From the NCBI GenBank assembly GCA_965235115.1, contig OZ249436.1, positions 20,834,001-20,898,000 on the forward strand: a stretch of 64,000 bases of DNA, read 5' to 3'. The notes beneath the pieces are model-generated. The model was not told the origin of the DNA and made no database searches. It worked only from the letters and a program-made list of their open reading frames with translations. A program made the translations under genes and the position numbers. Below are positions 13,628-27,476 of this stretch, piece after piece. Source of the DNA: Laetmonice hystrix. Its lineage: Eukaryota. How positions within the stretch are numbered: the first letter of the stretch is position 1; each line of letters begins with the position of its first letter.

Positions 13628-13892
13628 TAGGGCCGGATCCAGGGGGGGGGGGGGGTTGTGGGGGTTGCAACCCCCTTTAGAAATCCCCCCCCCCCCAAAA
13701 AAAAGAAAAAAAAAAAGAAAAAAGAAAAGAAAAGGAAACAAAGGTGTCAAATGTTCGTCCTCCAGCTCAGGAACCACAGTGTGAATCTAGAATCTAAAGC
13801 GATAAGTATACTAACGTTATATATTTCATAAAATAATAATAATTTCGGACCTGACGACTGCAAACCCCCTTGAAAAAAATCCTGGATCCTGG
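13628..13892. mobile_element. hAT-type MITE (GGCCGGATCCAGG family)
   Basis: TAGGGCCGGATCCAGG(G)n ... AAATCCTGGATCC. A related copy lies at 34421-34591. Confidence 0.55.
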
Positions 13893-16868
13893 ATCCTGGA
13901 TTTTTTACATGTGTATAAGAATACCAATATCCTGACCAATACAATAAAAGATATTAGATAATGCTAGAGTTATTATTTATCGGAAACCTTTTTATTTGTT
14001 CCATTTCTAGCTGTAAATTCTATCCGCGCTTTTTTCTATTGGTTGATTTGCTTGGGTCGATTTGCTTGGGTCGGGGACTAAATTTCTGTGGGAGTCCTGG
14101 GTCTCTGTAGTAATCGATTATCTCGCGCCCTTTGCGGGCTCACCCAGCAGTCCGCATAATGAGACCTGAACTGAGTTTGTTTTTTACATTTCGTTTTTCA
14201 GTAACGTCACCTAACCTCTTTTAATTGACACAAATTTCCTAATTGACCAGGATAGGAAAAGACAGCATTATTTTCAGCAGGGGATCGCAGTCAACCAGTG
14301 ACTGGCGGACGGCGACTCGGTGTGGGTTATCTTGCCGGATGGGACGGCAGGTCCTGTACCATGTCCGACTTACGGCTCGTGGGAACGTTTGTGGAAGACT
14401 TATGGAATGAGAAATACACCACCTGTCCTGTCTCCAGGAAAATGCTTCCCGCCGCGTGTGATTTTGATAGGATGTCACTGAAATCATCTTTCGTTCCTTG
14501 GTTGACACCTAGCGTTTAAACGACGTGGCGGACAGCTTTATCAAAATGCCATCGACGTAAGGTGGCCTACCTGTCTGCTGAGCGAATAGCAGTGACTCTA
14601 TGGCCGTGATTACGGCCAGAGGATTTGCTGGATTAGAGACATAAGAAATGGAGGAATCATGCGTGGCTGTCGAAAGCTTTAGTTCTCAATCAATAAACTA
14701 TGTGGAGTCAGGGCAGCCTGCGTTATTCGATAGGCCTGGCTTGGCAGGATTCTGGCGACGGCACCATTTTAGGACCTTCGCCGGCCAATAAAAGGTATCT
14801 ATGGAACGGGCGACACACAGCCTATATCAAATATCTACGATGAGATGACATGAAACGGGGAACTCTTCATTTTGACGTCTCTCCATCTTGCCGATAGAGG
14901 GCGCAAACAAGAAAACGAATCTTCGATCGTTGCGTCCTGTGCTAACCACTTATTTTTGTCTATTTTCTGACACGTCTTCTGATGAAGGCTGATGAAGACG
15001 TTGGGTATAGACCTCTATATCTAGGCCTAGACGAGGCTCTCGGGGTGCTGGGGACTTAGCTCCCTTTGCCACCATGTTGTTTAGTAGGCCTATACATGGC
15101 ATGTGTTCACTGTCACATCCCGCGGCAGAGTAATGAATGTAGCAGGGGTTTCATCACAAATAAGTTTCTAAAAATTTCCTTGCTACAAATTATTTTCAGT
15201 GTGAATATTAATATCATAATGAAATAAGTAAATCTTAGTAATCGATATCTAAAGTTTGATTGGAATTTAATTGATTGGAAAAACGTAGATCATACAACGT
15301 TATGTCAAAACTCTGATGTACTCGGGTTTAAATTATTTACACGACTACATGGTCTCCTATCCTAACCTGGGCCCAGAATCTTGTTCTACAATAATAAATA
15401 CAAGTTTCACCATTCTAATGCCAGTCTATGCGGGGTCGATCTTTGAGCCGGTATAGGTGCCCCGTGTCTAATTCCCATTCCAAAGCCGAATTTTCCCTCA
15501 GGCTATCATTGAAGTAAGTGCCCTGTGAAAAGAAAATAGATGGTTGTCGGCTATGGATCTATCGAGAGGATGGTCACAGCTATAGAGTAGAATGTTCTTT
15601 TGTCAATAACAATGTTTTTTTTTAAAATAATAAATCCTCTAGCTTCCTATCAGTATGTCGTCTGGATTTTATTAAGATTATATAAAACGGGCATAGTATT
15701 TTACGGCCAGATTAGTTTTTGTGAAGCTTTCCAGGGACGACTGCTGTGTGTTATAATGGTGTTACATGACGGCAAGTCTGTTACTGGTGACGTTTTACCC
15801 GTCTTTCTTCCAATAATAGTCAAACATGTGAAGCCGTTAACATCGCCGTTAAATGCAATTAATTGTCCTTATGGAATCTCGACCTAGTCGTGCCAAACAA
15901 ATTTGTGGCATCTGTTTTGTCTTCTTTCTAGCAGAACACCCCTTTCTTAATGTTTCTTAACTGTAGTACGTTGACATGGCTTCATCGTTTAATTTGCGTG
16001 CAATTAGGTTGGGCCATGTCTTTCATGCATGTCACGTCTCCGTCGATTTGTCAATTAACTACACAGTGCGATAGAGACACACCCAGAGGTGCTTGTCGAT
16101 TAGTCTTGTACCAGTCATGGCTCCTGTAGATGCGGAAATCTCCACTGTCCACTGCCCTGTCCCAGCACCATTACCCAAAAATGGAGTCGCTCACAAAAAC
16201 ATAATTTGCACGCAAACTTCTCGTAGAACGAGTAGGTGAAAAAAATGTTGGTTTGTGGAGATTCCGCAGCTGAGACGGCCGGAGAGTGCCGTTGGCACAT
16301 CGTGCGCGTGACTGCAGCGCCCCTAACGGCGGTCGTCAGCACACGGCCAAGGTGCGGGCCTCACTCGTTTGGTAGGCCACTTGGACTGCCACCGCGATAA
16401 TCAAATCACAGCAACAGAGTTGGACGTACGGTATGAACCAAAGCGGCATTCTATACTCAATCTAGTGAACAATACTTGCGGCCTTTATGTAAAATGACCC
16501 AAGGATATCCTTTGTTTTACTGCAAGGCCGCCCGCTTCACAAAGCTCACCGTTCAGTGAACACTTTTGACAAAGACGTGAACGCGCTCATTGAACGTTTC
16601 CGAGCTGGAAAGCGTTGCCGACGACCATCCGAAGTTCGCCCATTTTCCCGCCAGCGCTGAGTGCGCCTGATGCGCGCTGAGATTCCGGACTGTGGATTAC
16701 GACCGTCAAATTGCAGTTGTTTGCTTCGTTGAGGTCAATACAGGGACATGACTGATGAATTGATAAGCTCATTCTTCACTGGTTGGCATTGTGAGTGTAG
16801 GCGCCAGGCCGATAGCCGGGCCATGAAGTAATATCCACTCGAGTCAGAGCCACGCCCTGCTCTCAGAG

Positions 16869-17385
16869 ATGACGGTCACACAGACTGCCGAGGCTGGTAA
16901 CGACAGTATAGTCTCTGGTCAACTTCCTTCCTCTGGAACGTTAGACATGAAGCAGTTTACTCATCCTACCGCCTTCAACTCCTCTTATAACTCGTCAGCT
17001 ATCGTCCGTTATGTGGACCACCTATCGCAGGAGTTCGGACCACCGTTTCAATCTAACGACTCGGGTGAGGACTTTTTGGCCTTCCCTGATACAAGCCAGT
17101 TTCCCTATCCGGGCGTCATCGTGTACCCAGCACTATGGGAGGTGGTGGTGAAAGTGGCATTCTATACAATCATTATCGCCCTGGCTCTGGTGGGAAACAT
17201 CCTTGTCGTCTACATTGTTTGGCGTAATAAACGGATGCGAACGACGACCAACTTCTTCATTGTGAACCTTGCTGTGTCCGATCTGATGGTAACCACCTCG
17301 TGTACGTGGGTCCACCTTGTGGATAATCTCACTGAAGGTTGGGTTCTTGGAGCCTTCTTTTGTAAGTTCAACAGCTTTGCTCAAG
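16869..17385 (+). CDS. First coding exon of a class A (rhodopsin-like) neuropeptide-type GPCR: N-terminus, TM1, TM2 and start of TM3
   Basis: Four N-glycosylation sequons (NDS, NSS, NSS, NDS) in the N-terminus. TM1 ...LVGNILVV, ICL1 RNKRMRTTTNFFIV, TM2 NLAVSDL, ECL1 W-VLG-xxx-C. Consensus phase-1 donor CAAG|GTAAGT at 17385/17386. Confidence 0.95.
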
Positions 17386-19196
17386 GTAAGTACACTATTA
17401 CGTGACCCGTGAAGTTTTTAAGTGGGACTTATGGGAAAATGAGTCTTCAAAACCGTGCGAGGTTAGGTGATTAAAGACGATAATGATTTCAAGAAAGACA
17501 CAGGCTCTTGTGATTGCTTTGAAGAGAAAAGACATCAATCTCTAAATGCTTGTATATAAATAGACGGAATGGCCGACGCAGGAGTAATAATACTGAATGC
17601 ATTCTGCCGTAAGGCCGATGGGTTCAATGTCTATTGGTGCGGGGAGGGGCGTGGCCCCTAGACGAAAACAGGTCGTTAGTGTCTTTACCAGCTGTTTCTG
17701 TTTGAACCAATACTCTCCCCTCGTGTGACCCCCTGAGTAGGATACAACAGCCAACGGTAGGCCTATCCTGAAGTATCAGAAGTGACCGAAGGATGGCCAA
17801 TGTGAAAAGTTGTCCCGTATATTTTCGGCAACTTCTATCAGTCATGTCGCTATCATGTCGCTATCAGAGTTTCACGTCCCAGCACACTGTCCAATAGAAG
17901 AAAGGTAAACTCATGATATAAAAATGTAAATTCTTATACTTTTTTTTACCGTTTTTTATAACCACCTCAGGGACTTGTAAACTCTCTCTACTTTCCGCAC
18001 GTTTGGTTGAAAGCGATAAGTAATGGCCTCGACACAATCTATGGCAAAACTGCGACCGATTCCGAAAAGAAACCGTACACAAGGACCGTTATGGAATAAT
18101 GTATTCTCTTAGAGATTACGTGTTATACGTGACAGACTGACTTTCTTTCGCGAATATTTCACAAAGGAAAATACGAATCGTTATTGACTTGGAGTTCATG
18201 ATTCGAATAAGAACCAGAATGCAACGAACAGCGTCTGTTCCATGGTGATTTATTTATGTGGACATCCCCGATAGAATATTTTCAAACCGGCAACGACCTG
18301 CTTGTAGTCTTACATCATGGAGGCGCCCATGCCCTATACATACCGGATATAACGCTGATAAAGCATAATTCTGGTTTCATAACTATTGCGTTGGAGGACT
18401 TCGCGGCTCAGATGGTTTTCATGACGCATGACAGTCAAACAAAAGGAATGCGTAGACCAGAGATGTACACATCTATGCGTAGACTAACAAAAGTCTCAAA
18501 TATACGACTGAAAGACTCTGATTACACATGCCTCATTAGACCGACCCCCTCCTGATCACAGGACCGTCTGATCTGTTTTCAATGGTTAGACGTTTGACAA
18601 TGTTTGTATGGGTATCAAGGGGTTCAGTCACCGGCGAACGCTGCCGGATGGAAAGGCCTAGAGTGACGGTAGGCGTCCCCAACGGAAGCCTGGCGCCGTA
18701 TGCTTATTAAAGGTATCGATAGGGAGTGCACACAAGAGAGTGGTGGCCGTTGTAGCCAGGATAAGTACATCCTTCCTCTGTCAGAGTTCATGTCCCTTGG
18801 CGTCCGGACTATAGAGAAACACAAGGTGGTCGATACAGAGATGTTGTCATTAGTTTAGTTTAAGCAATCAAAAGATTCTTGTCCCGGCAAAGTCAGAACG
18901 ATAAGAATTCCTTCAATGAAGTATTGCGTTGAAAGAACTTTACTGTGTGATGGAAGTGGAGATATTTAAAGCATATCGGGGGGGGGGGGGGGGGGGGGGG
19001 GGGGGCGCGACAGGGCCCTTCAGTCGTGACTGCCTCAAACCACTACGTTGGGTGGATTCGAGTCAGGGTTCAGTAGAGGTTGATTGTTGCCAGGACTCTT
19101 GGATTGATCGAACAAACCTAGGGCCTATGGAGCACCATCTGGGTTATATTTGTTCTAGATCATATGAAGCAAGGGTCGGGTCCTGGTAGTGCCACG

Positions 19197-20395
19197 TTTA
19201 CATATTTGTGGACTGTACATGAACACTGTGAGAAAAGTCTAATTTTACATGTCTGTGGACTGTGCATGAACACTGTGAGACAAGTCTTAAGTTTTACATG
19301 TTTGTAGACTGTACATGAACACTGTGAGACAAGTCTTAAGTTTTACATGTTTGTAGACTGTACATGAACACTGTGAGACAAGTCTTAAGTTTTACATGTT
19401 TGTGGACTGTACATGAACACTGTGAGACAAGTCTTAAGTTTTACATGTTTGTGGACTGTACATGAACACTGTGAGACAAGTCTTAAGTTTTACATGTTTG
19501 TGGACTGTACATGAACACTGTGAGACAAGTGTAAGTTTACATGTTTGTGGACTGTACATGAACACTATGAGACAAGTCTAAGTTTACATGTTTGTGGACT
19601 GTACATGAACACTGTGAGACAAGTCTTAAGTTTTACATGTTTGTAGACTGTACATGAACACTGTGAGACAAGTCTTAAGTTTTACATGTTTGTAGACTGT
19701 ACATGAACACTGTGAGACAAGTCTTAAGTTTTACATGTTTGTGGACTGTACATGAACACTGTGAGACAAGTCTTAAGTTTTACATGTTTGTGGACTGTAC
19801 ATGAACACTGTGAGACAAGTCTTAAGTTTTACATGTTTGTGGACTGTACATGAACACTGTGAGACAAGTGTAAGTTTACATGTTTGTGGACTGTACATGA
19901 ACACTATGAGACAAGTCTAAGTTTACATGTTTGTGGACTGTACATGAACACTGTGAGACAAGTCTAAGTTTACATGTTTGTGGACTGTACATGAACACTG
20001 TGAGACAAGTCAAAGTTTTACATGTTTGTGGACTGTACATGAACACTGTGAGACAAGTCAAAGTTTTACATGTTTGTGGACTGTACATGAACACTGTGAG
20101 ACAAGTCAAAGTTTTACATGTTTGTGGACTGTACATGAACACTGTGAGACAAGTCAAAGTTTTACATGGTTGTGGACTGTACATGAACACTGTGAGACAA
20201 GTCAAAGTTTTACATGTTTGTGGACTGTACATGAACACTGTGAGACAAGTCTAAGTTTTACATGTTTGTGGACTGTACATGAACACTGTGAGACAAGTCA
20301 AAGTTTTACATGGTTGTGGACTGTGCATGAACACTGTGAGACAAGTCAAAGCTTTACATGTTTGTGGACTGTACATGAACACTGTGAGACAAGTC
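19197..20395. repeat. 47-49-bp minisatellite, about 25 copies
   Basis: Unit TTTACATGTTTGTGGACTGTACATGAACACTGTGAGACAAGTC(TT/T/A)AAGT. Confidence 0.95.
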
Positions 20396-20398
20396 TGA

Positions 20399-20454
20399 TG
20401 CCCGATTTCCACCGGACGCGCATGCGCTCGCTCGCGTCCGGTGGAAATCGGGCA
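20399..20454. mobile_element. 56-bp Harbinger-type micro-MITE
   Basis: Perfect 22-bp TIRs TGCCCGATTTCCACCGGACGCG around a 12-nt spacer, flanked by TGA on both sides (20396-98 and 20455-57). Confidence 0.8.
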
Positions 20455-21131
20455 TGAGTCAATGAAAGAATCTTGTTTTACTCGGTAAATGGTATAAGCG
20501 TTATATTTCAGTTTGTGTAAAGTTTGTATAGCCTATACAAGGAACTATTTTTGGTGGCTCGCTATGATGTACTCAGGTCGCCCATTCAAGTCATCTACAG
20601 CCTCAAGTTATTGTATTATATGATATAGTATTTTGTATTTTGTATTATGCATCGGAATACTCATGTTGAAGACCAGTGGCGCCGTTCTCTCCGCAACTAT
20701 TTAGTTTCGTAACATATCGAGTTTTTATGAAGCCATTGATCCAGTTGGTTTTAATTAAAACTATTTTTCCTGCACGTCCGTCCTATAATTAAAGTAGTAT
20801 CTACATGTGCGTGTGCAACGGGGGAAGATAGAGGGCAAGAAATGAAAAAAATCATACTTCGGGATTAAATTTCACTTGTTATTCATGTGCATATACACGT
20901 TTATGAAAACTGCACATATATGTAGATGGTGTATGTATTTATCCTTTCCCTCCGTTTGACCATTGATATAGTGTAAGTGATATATCGACAGGCAAGTAAT
21001 GATGTTTCAGTTTACATAGCGACCAGACCGGAGATTGTTAATTGATCGACAGGGCTCACTGCTATACCAAGCTCGGGGCTCGGTAGGATTCTGAATTAAA
21101 AATATTTTTTCATTCACTTTCCAACGCCATC

Positions 21132-21174
21132 GGGGTGGGGGTGGGGGTGGGGGTGGGGGTGGGGGTGGGGGTGG
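21132..21174 (+). repeat. (GGGGGT)n tract with G-quadruplex potential
   Basis: Seven G4-5 runs separated by single T. Confidence 0.8.
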
Positions 21175-24100
21175 TGTGGAGAAGAAACAGCTTCCACCCA
21201 TGAAAAGCAGACTGGAAGCTGTAGAGGATTGAAGTGAGAATATCACAAGAAGTAATGGATGACCTGACCTGTCATATAGTTGTTTCCTTAACGATGGGAA
21301 TGGCGTACTGATGTTGTCGACGGGCGTGTGAATACATCCTAGCATGCACACACAACCTATTCCCAGTGTTGTGAGGCGGAGCTGTCCAATGACCTCGCTC
21401 ATGTGTTTAACCGTTTTGTCTAACGACAAGGAATACCATCTTGTCGGATGATAAACGACTTCCACAAGGCGGTTGTAATCCGTATAACAACCAGCAGGTG
21501 TCTGAAACCGTGCGAACACCAAATTTAAATGTCCTTGTGTTGAAGTGGTAAGACGTATTAGAAATTACTACCGACCCAATATTGTAATGTTGCAGTCAAA
21601 ACAAAAATGTTAACAACAAAGAATTGTTTAAACAAAGGGGGAACTTGAACTAATTTAATCAACATTTTACTTTCGCTAGAAAGCACCAGATGGTGCCTCC
21701 TTTGAAAGTTCCCACCCAATGTCCGACAAAAACGTACTCTTGCAAATTTTGTATTTAAGTAATTACCATCGCACGCTTCGGAGCTAACATTGCATTTTGC
21801 TGTCTACCATCCACCAGTGCAGATATAAAAGTATAATATGCACTCTTAGTAAGCGTATCAGACAGGACAACGATACAAAGGAAGGTTATTGACATTTGGG
21901 AGGGGGGGGGCAATAGAATAATACTTAAGAAGGTTAAGCATCTGGGAGCATATGTTCTTATATATATAACCATACTAACATAGTTATTTACTTGATATAA
22001 GCAGTGTTCCGCGCAAGGATATTGTCCCAGTGTACTCCCAGAATTATTAATTTGTTTTAAAGCGTCCGCCTACCTAAAAGGTCATTATGGATTAGTCCTA
22101 GATGGAATTAATTCTAAATTGCAAGTAAAAGTGTATTTAATAATGATATTTTTATAAATTCACTGCAATCTCTTTCACATTTAGGTACCAGCCTTAATTA
22201 ATGTCGTTTTAACCAACTTTATTGATCCCAACATGGAATATTTTGTTAGACCTCCTCTGGCTATATGAGTATATATATGTACCTACATGACATCGGATAT
22301 TAGTTTATAAAATAGCAGGGGAAAAATCACAAATCATGGCCTTCTCGTGCAAAATGTATTCATTTACTTAAAACTCTGAATTAAGCTTAGGGACTAAGGA
22401 CTAGTGTAGATATTTTTAGAAACATTGTACCATATTAATTACCAGAGGGATACATGAGGATACATTGAACCAAAGTCGTATTTTACCAAACGAAAAATCA
22501 ACATATATGTGTCTTAACCTGCATTAGTTTGATTTAATGTCGTATTGCTTTATAATGATGAAATAAATGTAAAAAACCCTTATATTAATGTAATTTTACA
22601 CGGAGAAAAGGTAGCACCGAGGGCCATATTAGTATAGCATTCCTTGAAATGAAGGAGTATTGCTTTCAGCTGGTGACAGTCATCAAGGTTAAGCGTTGAA
22701 AATTAACTGTATAGGGCCTTAACTATAACAGGTACTGTACCTTCAAATTAACCCTGTTCAGTCTCTGTAAAATGACTTTGAGCTGAATATTTTGGGAGAA
22801 AATTAATACCGCACGATTACGGCTATAACAAATGAGTGTTGAATGAAGCATGGAAGTGCCGCCAGCGAGGTTAAATGGACCAAGGGTCTGAAAGGTATCG
22901 GCTGATTTGTCCTCGAGTCGGTCGAGCTCAAAATTTGATGACGTGTTGTGTTGACCCCATCACGTCTCGACACCGTCGTGGAGGGCTGGGTGGGGTTGAC
23001 GTGGCTGTTTGCTGAGTATGGGATCGGCCGGGTACCCATCAACCAAGGCCAGCCGGTCATGTCGACGGCTGGGTGGGGCCACAGCTAATCTCTCGAGAGA
23101 TCAATAGAAAAACTATGCTGTTTCAGCTTGCTTCAGCGCATGATCTGAAACAGCCATGAACTGAAAGTTGCTTGTTAGTTTACAAGAAAGTGAAAAATTA
23201 TTTCCGTATCCGGTATTTTTACTTTGATCACACTTTGTCTTATGTAGCAAATCTCAGAAGAAAAAGATAAAACAACAAAAAAAAACATTAGAAGTTGGAA
23301 AGTTGGGATGCACACGTTTCAGCATATATTTCTCCCCATGAAATATTCAAAACATAGTTACCCACAACCCTCGCCAGTGACTCATGTGTTGTTATAGTCT
23401 AGCATAGGTAGACCCGAGGGTCTACCTATGCTAGACCTCTTTCTGTCGGATCTGTATTTCTCAGCTGTAGCCCAGGAGGTATAAATCCACGGGGATGCAT
23501 GCATAAGAAGTCTGCATTGTATGTTTTGACCCAGACCTCTTACTCCAAGGTGTTCCGCAATATTTCAGCTAGAATCTCACATCCGGTCGGCAGACCCTTA
23601 AATATGTATAACTCGTTTTCCGGCGCTGTGTTACCAGGGACCTGTGGGTCTGATATAAATAATACGACCAGAACATAATTGCATAATCGGCATCAGGCCC
23701 GTGTGAGAGTGGAATCTGTATGGGGATTTATTCTTTCATGTGGGCTCAAATGCAGAAGTGACTATGTCCATTTTTAGGCAAAATGAGTTAATGCCACCAG
23801 CCTTACTGTTTATGTCTGTACTGTCACTGGAAATATGTGTATGTCCTCATCCCATTAGTTGTAGCCAATCACCAATCATTGTCAGAAGATTTTGATTATG
23901 TCCATTACTGGGTGTACTGGTTGCAGCCAGAACTGACTATCTGGGACATAGACAATTTAGGCTAATTAGGTCAGTGCACCAGATGTACGTTGAGCATTAC
24001 TTTAGTGTTGGTTAAAGTTGATGTTCATTGTTCATGGCTTTGCCAGGTATTTTTTTGTGGATACGAATTACAAACAAATGTATTGCGTTTGAATATTTGT

Positions 24101-26676
24101 GTATTGAAAATTGAAAATATTTAGCTTAGGTGCAGACAGAAATGGTTATGTCCATTTTTAGGGGGCATTTTCTGTCATTTTAGGCCCTTAATTGTATTCA
24201 TTTTCTTTATTGTATTCAAGGGTTTATAATGGCGTGTAGACAATCATTTTTGGAAGTAGAAGCGTCACTTACCTTTCTATTTCTCCCGTTTTCTGATTTT
24301 ATGGAAGCGATCAAAACTTCAGACTCATTTTTCTCAGAATGGTACTTTTGGACATAGTCACTTTCAATAGCGTTATGAAAATGAATATATGAAAAAATCA
24401 TTCTTTCAAATATCCATGCACACTGAGCCGTTTATCGTTCCGGCGCACATATCAACTGAGCTTTGGCTCTCTGTAACCAGAGAGGTTGTATTTGTAAGAA
24501 GTGTTACATTAAAAGATTGCCTCAGCGCACGGAATCGGCCAAATCTCGATTTAACAACTTCAACATATAATGTGATACGGCGACAAAGCAGTGCAGTACT
24601 GTAGATATACATCTTTGTTTTATTATTGTGCCATTCGATCGAGCATAGCCAAGACAATGCCATCACCACTGAGCATTAAAAATTGAAGCCGAGTCAGAGC
24701 ATCCAAACCCTGTCGGTTATCGTTACTACAAAACGACAAGATTAATAAGTTTAAGAATAAGAATAAGTTTTACGAAGAAGAAGCTCTCAGATTATTTTTC
24801 TAAATACTAAAAGAAGACAAATGAACGGCTAAATCAATTATATTTGTCTCAAAATGTGTTTTCTGCAGTTTACCTTCAAGATATTCACAAAAATATTTTA
24901 CAAGTGCAAAGTTTGAGCCGTACTTTTGATGTTACAAAATATGAACGGCTCCTCAGTCAGTCATGAAAGTTGGGACATTAGAAATAGAAATTCTCGGCCT
25001 TTAAAGAATGTGATGCATTAGGCACAGCTGTAGTTCCTTTGTCACAGTCACCGCTTATCAGGTTGTACTCCTTTATCCATTAAGTAATGTTAATATCAAC
25101 GTATCCGTTAAAAGAGTCCTAGTGAAATGATAAATTTAACGAAACAAACGATTTAAGACACACAGCCCGTGGTGTGCGCACTTCTTGTTTGATAATCTCT
25201 GGCCTTTTGTAAACGTTTGAGAACTGTTTGAACAAAGTTGGTGCGTCTTTATTTCTCTCTACGTGGCAGCCTTAAAAGAGAAATCTGCACATGAAAATCA
25301 AGCTCGCTGGTTGGTGCCGCGTAAGTCTCAAATTGATCACTGAGGTTTCCGGCAGTTATATTATACTACAGAGGGTGTGTGAAAGAAGAAGATACTGTAC
25401 TCTTTAAACTATGGCTGGCTTTGTTAAAGTGGCCGCTTTCATGCAGAGAATCCATGGACTTTATGGTGGAAACTATCGGTAACGTGCAGACAGACGGTGG
25501 TTGGTAAGATTTAGAGAAGTGGAAGCCGGTTATGTCGTTACCCAGTGTTCTCCTCACGGTGAGAAGTGACGCCGGTGGTGTGGGGTTGGGGGTTTGTCCG
25601 GGTCTCTCCCATTACATTTTCATGGGGGTCTGTCCGGGTCTCTCCCAAGAAAATGTCAAAAAATAAGACTTCAATGCTGTATACTGACGCATTCCTATGT
25701 AAAATTAAATTATTTGGCCACTATTTTGTACTAATAAATTAGGTTTCTGTCTGCGACTCGCGCAGGCTGCCTGTTCAGCTGAGTTTTCCGACCACGACAG
25801 CGTACCTTGCTCACACATTTTAAACTTCTTTTAACGTTCTTGGTCCACCGCAACTGTCTCAATCTAACCTTTCCTTGACTGTGGTGACCTGCTCCATGTC
25901 GCCAGCTTACCAAACTGTCAAACTGCTGCGAGGCAGGGACAGTGGCAGGAGGGTCCCCAGTCCCCTTCCGTACATCCCGAACTTTGGTATGTTCATATAG
26001 GCCTACCATGGACGTCGATATCGACGTCCTTGGTTCATGTATAATTATGGGGACAAGGGAACCAGTCTAGGGTAACATTTACTCTCCATGAGGAGATTCG
26101 CCAATAGAAACGGAAGGAATACCTCTGCGTCGAGATTTCCACTGGAACCGGGAGTGGGGAGATGACGGGGGGGGGGGGGGGGCAGTGCTTTGCGGATACG
26201 TATACAAAGTCATCGGTAGCTCAGTGAGAGTGTGAGAGTAAAAAAGTTATTTTGGATTTTGGATAAAGGCAGAACAAACCTCTAGAGCCTAAAAAGTATT
26301 ATTATGGAATTTCAGCACACCGACGGCAGGGCAAATCGGGAGAACACTGCAAGATTTCGTTATGTTGATACCTGTTTTTACGACATCCATCCTCTTACAG
26401 TGAGAACCACATTGATTTCTCTAGAACAGGTGCAGCAAATTATCAATGTATTCAACATCGCATAGCATCACGACCTTTATAGTCTCGAGACACCAGAATG
26501 GTATCCTGGTTATATACAGGGTGGTCGAAAAATGGACGAAACATATTTGCGCACCTTTGACATTTTTAAACTTTAGATATGTTTACAAATAATTTTCTTT
26601 ATTTCATCTTAACCTGTTTATTGGTCCATGAATTTTATTACATTTCTTTAGTAAAAGTATGTACTGATTGAGGTTC

Positions 26677-27204
26677 AGTGAGTGAATTGGACGTTTTACG
26701 CCCTGTCCACAGTGTTTCAGTCGTCATGTATTCAGGACGATAGGAACCATTTCATTCAGTCAAGGGACCTTTTTTTAGCCCCGAGTCCCGGGCAAGGGGG
26801 AGGGGGTGATGATGATGAGGTTAAAGTGAAAAACAAACTTGCCACCGGGAGACAATCCCCACTTTTCGAGAAATGGCAAGGGTTCTTTTATATGCCCACT
26901 CGCACAGACACGGCTGGACATACCAAAGCCTTTGATGGCAGTTGCGGAGCACTGGCGAAAACAGTGCGAAAACACATTTGACATTTTTAAACTTTATGAA
27001 ATAAAGACCATTATTTTTAAACATATGTTTCATATGTTTTTGCCAGTGGGAAAAATGGCACTGGAAGGATGAAAATCCATCAGATGCTTTTGCAATCCGA
27101 CACTCGACCACTTCCCAACTTCAGCCCTCGCCTCATTTGTCGCCTTTTACGAACAGCCATGGGTTGAGACTGAGGGTCATTCATACGCCTGATCCCCAAG
27201 GGGG
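26677..27204 (-). mobile_element. SINE-like retroposon: structured 5' head, degenerate tRNA-like segment, Nin-domain-like core, (CACT)n tail
   Basis: Homologous to 55323-55659, 55992-56148, 33010-33130 and 49574-49895. Core GGGCATATAAAAGAACCCTTGCCA...CGAAAAG; tail ACTGAAA.ACTGT.GACAGGGCGTAAAAC...CACTCACT. Confidence 0.8.
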
Positions 27205-27476
27205 AATTCGATTAATAGTGGTAGTCTCTCTCGACAGATGATTTTTACATCACTTCCTGGTTGTTTACGTTTTCAAATGACCTTCATTATTTCTTCCTTT
27301 AATTTTATTTTCATCAATTAATTATTTTGAAGACTTATTGTCACTTATGTCTCTCCATTATTCTTTCCCCGTTCCTTCTCAGTTTTTATTAGTTTATTTA
27401 CCCGATTCTTCCTCCACCAATTAACCTGATGCATGGACAGTGGGGCACGTCTTTCCATATCGTTAATAAAATCGAT

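Noticed and set aside
14972..15002. CTGATGA motifs suggesting a Penelope-type hammerhead
   Set aside because: No GAAA or stem III follows; only a short ACGTCTTC/GAAGACGT inverted repeat.
18040..18085. In-frame CDRF as a possible GPCR exon 2 (DRY-like motif)
   Set aside because: The context LWQNCDRFRKETVHK is hydrophilic, has no TM3 helix and has no suitable acceptor.
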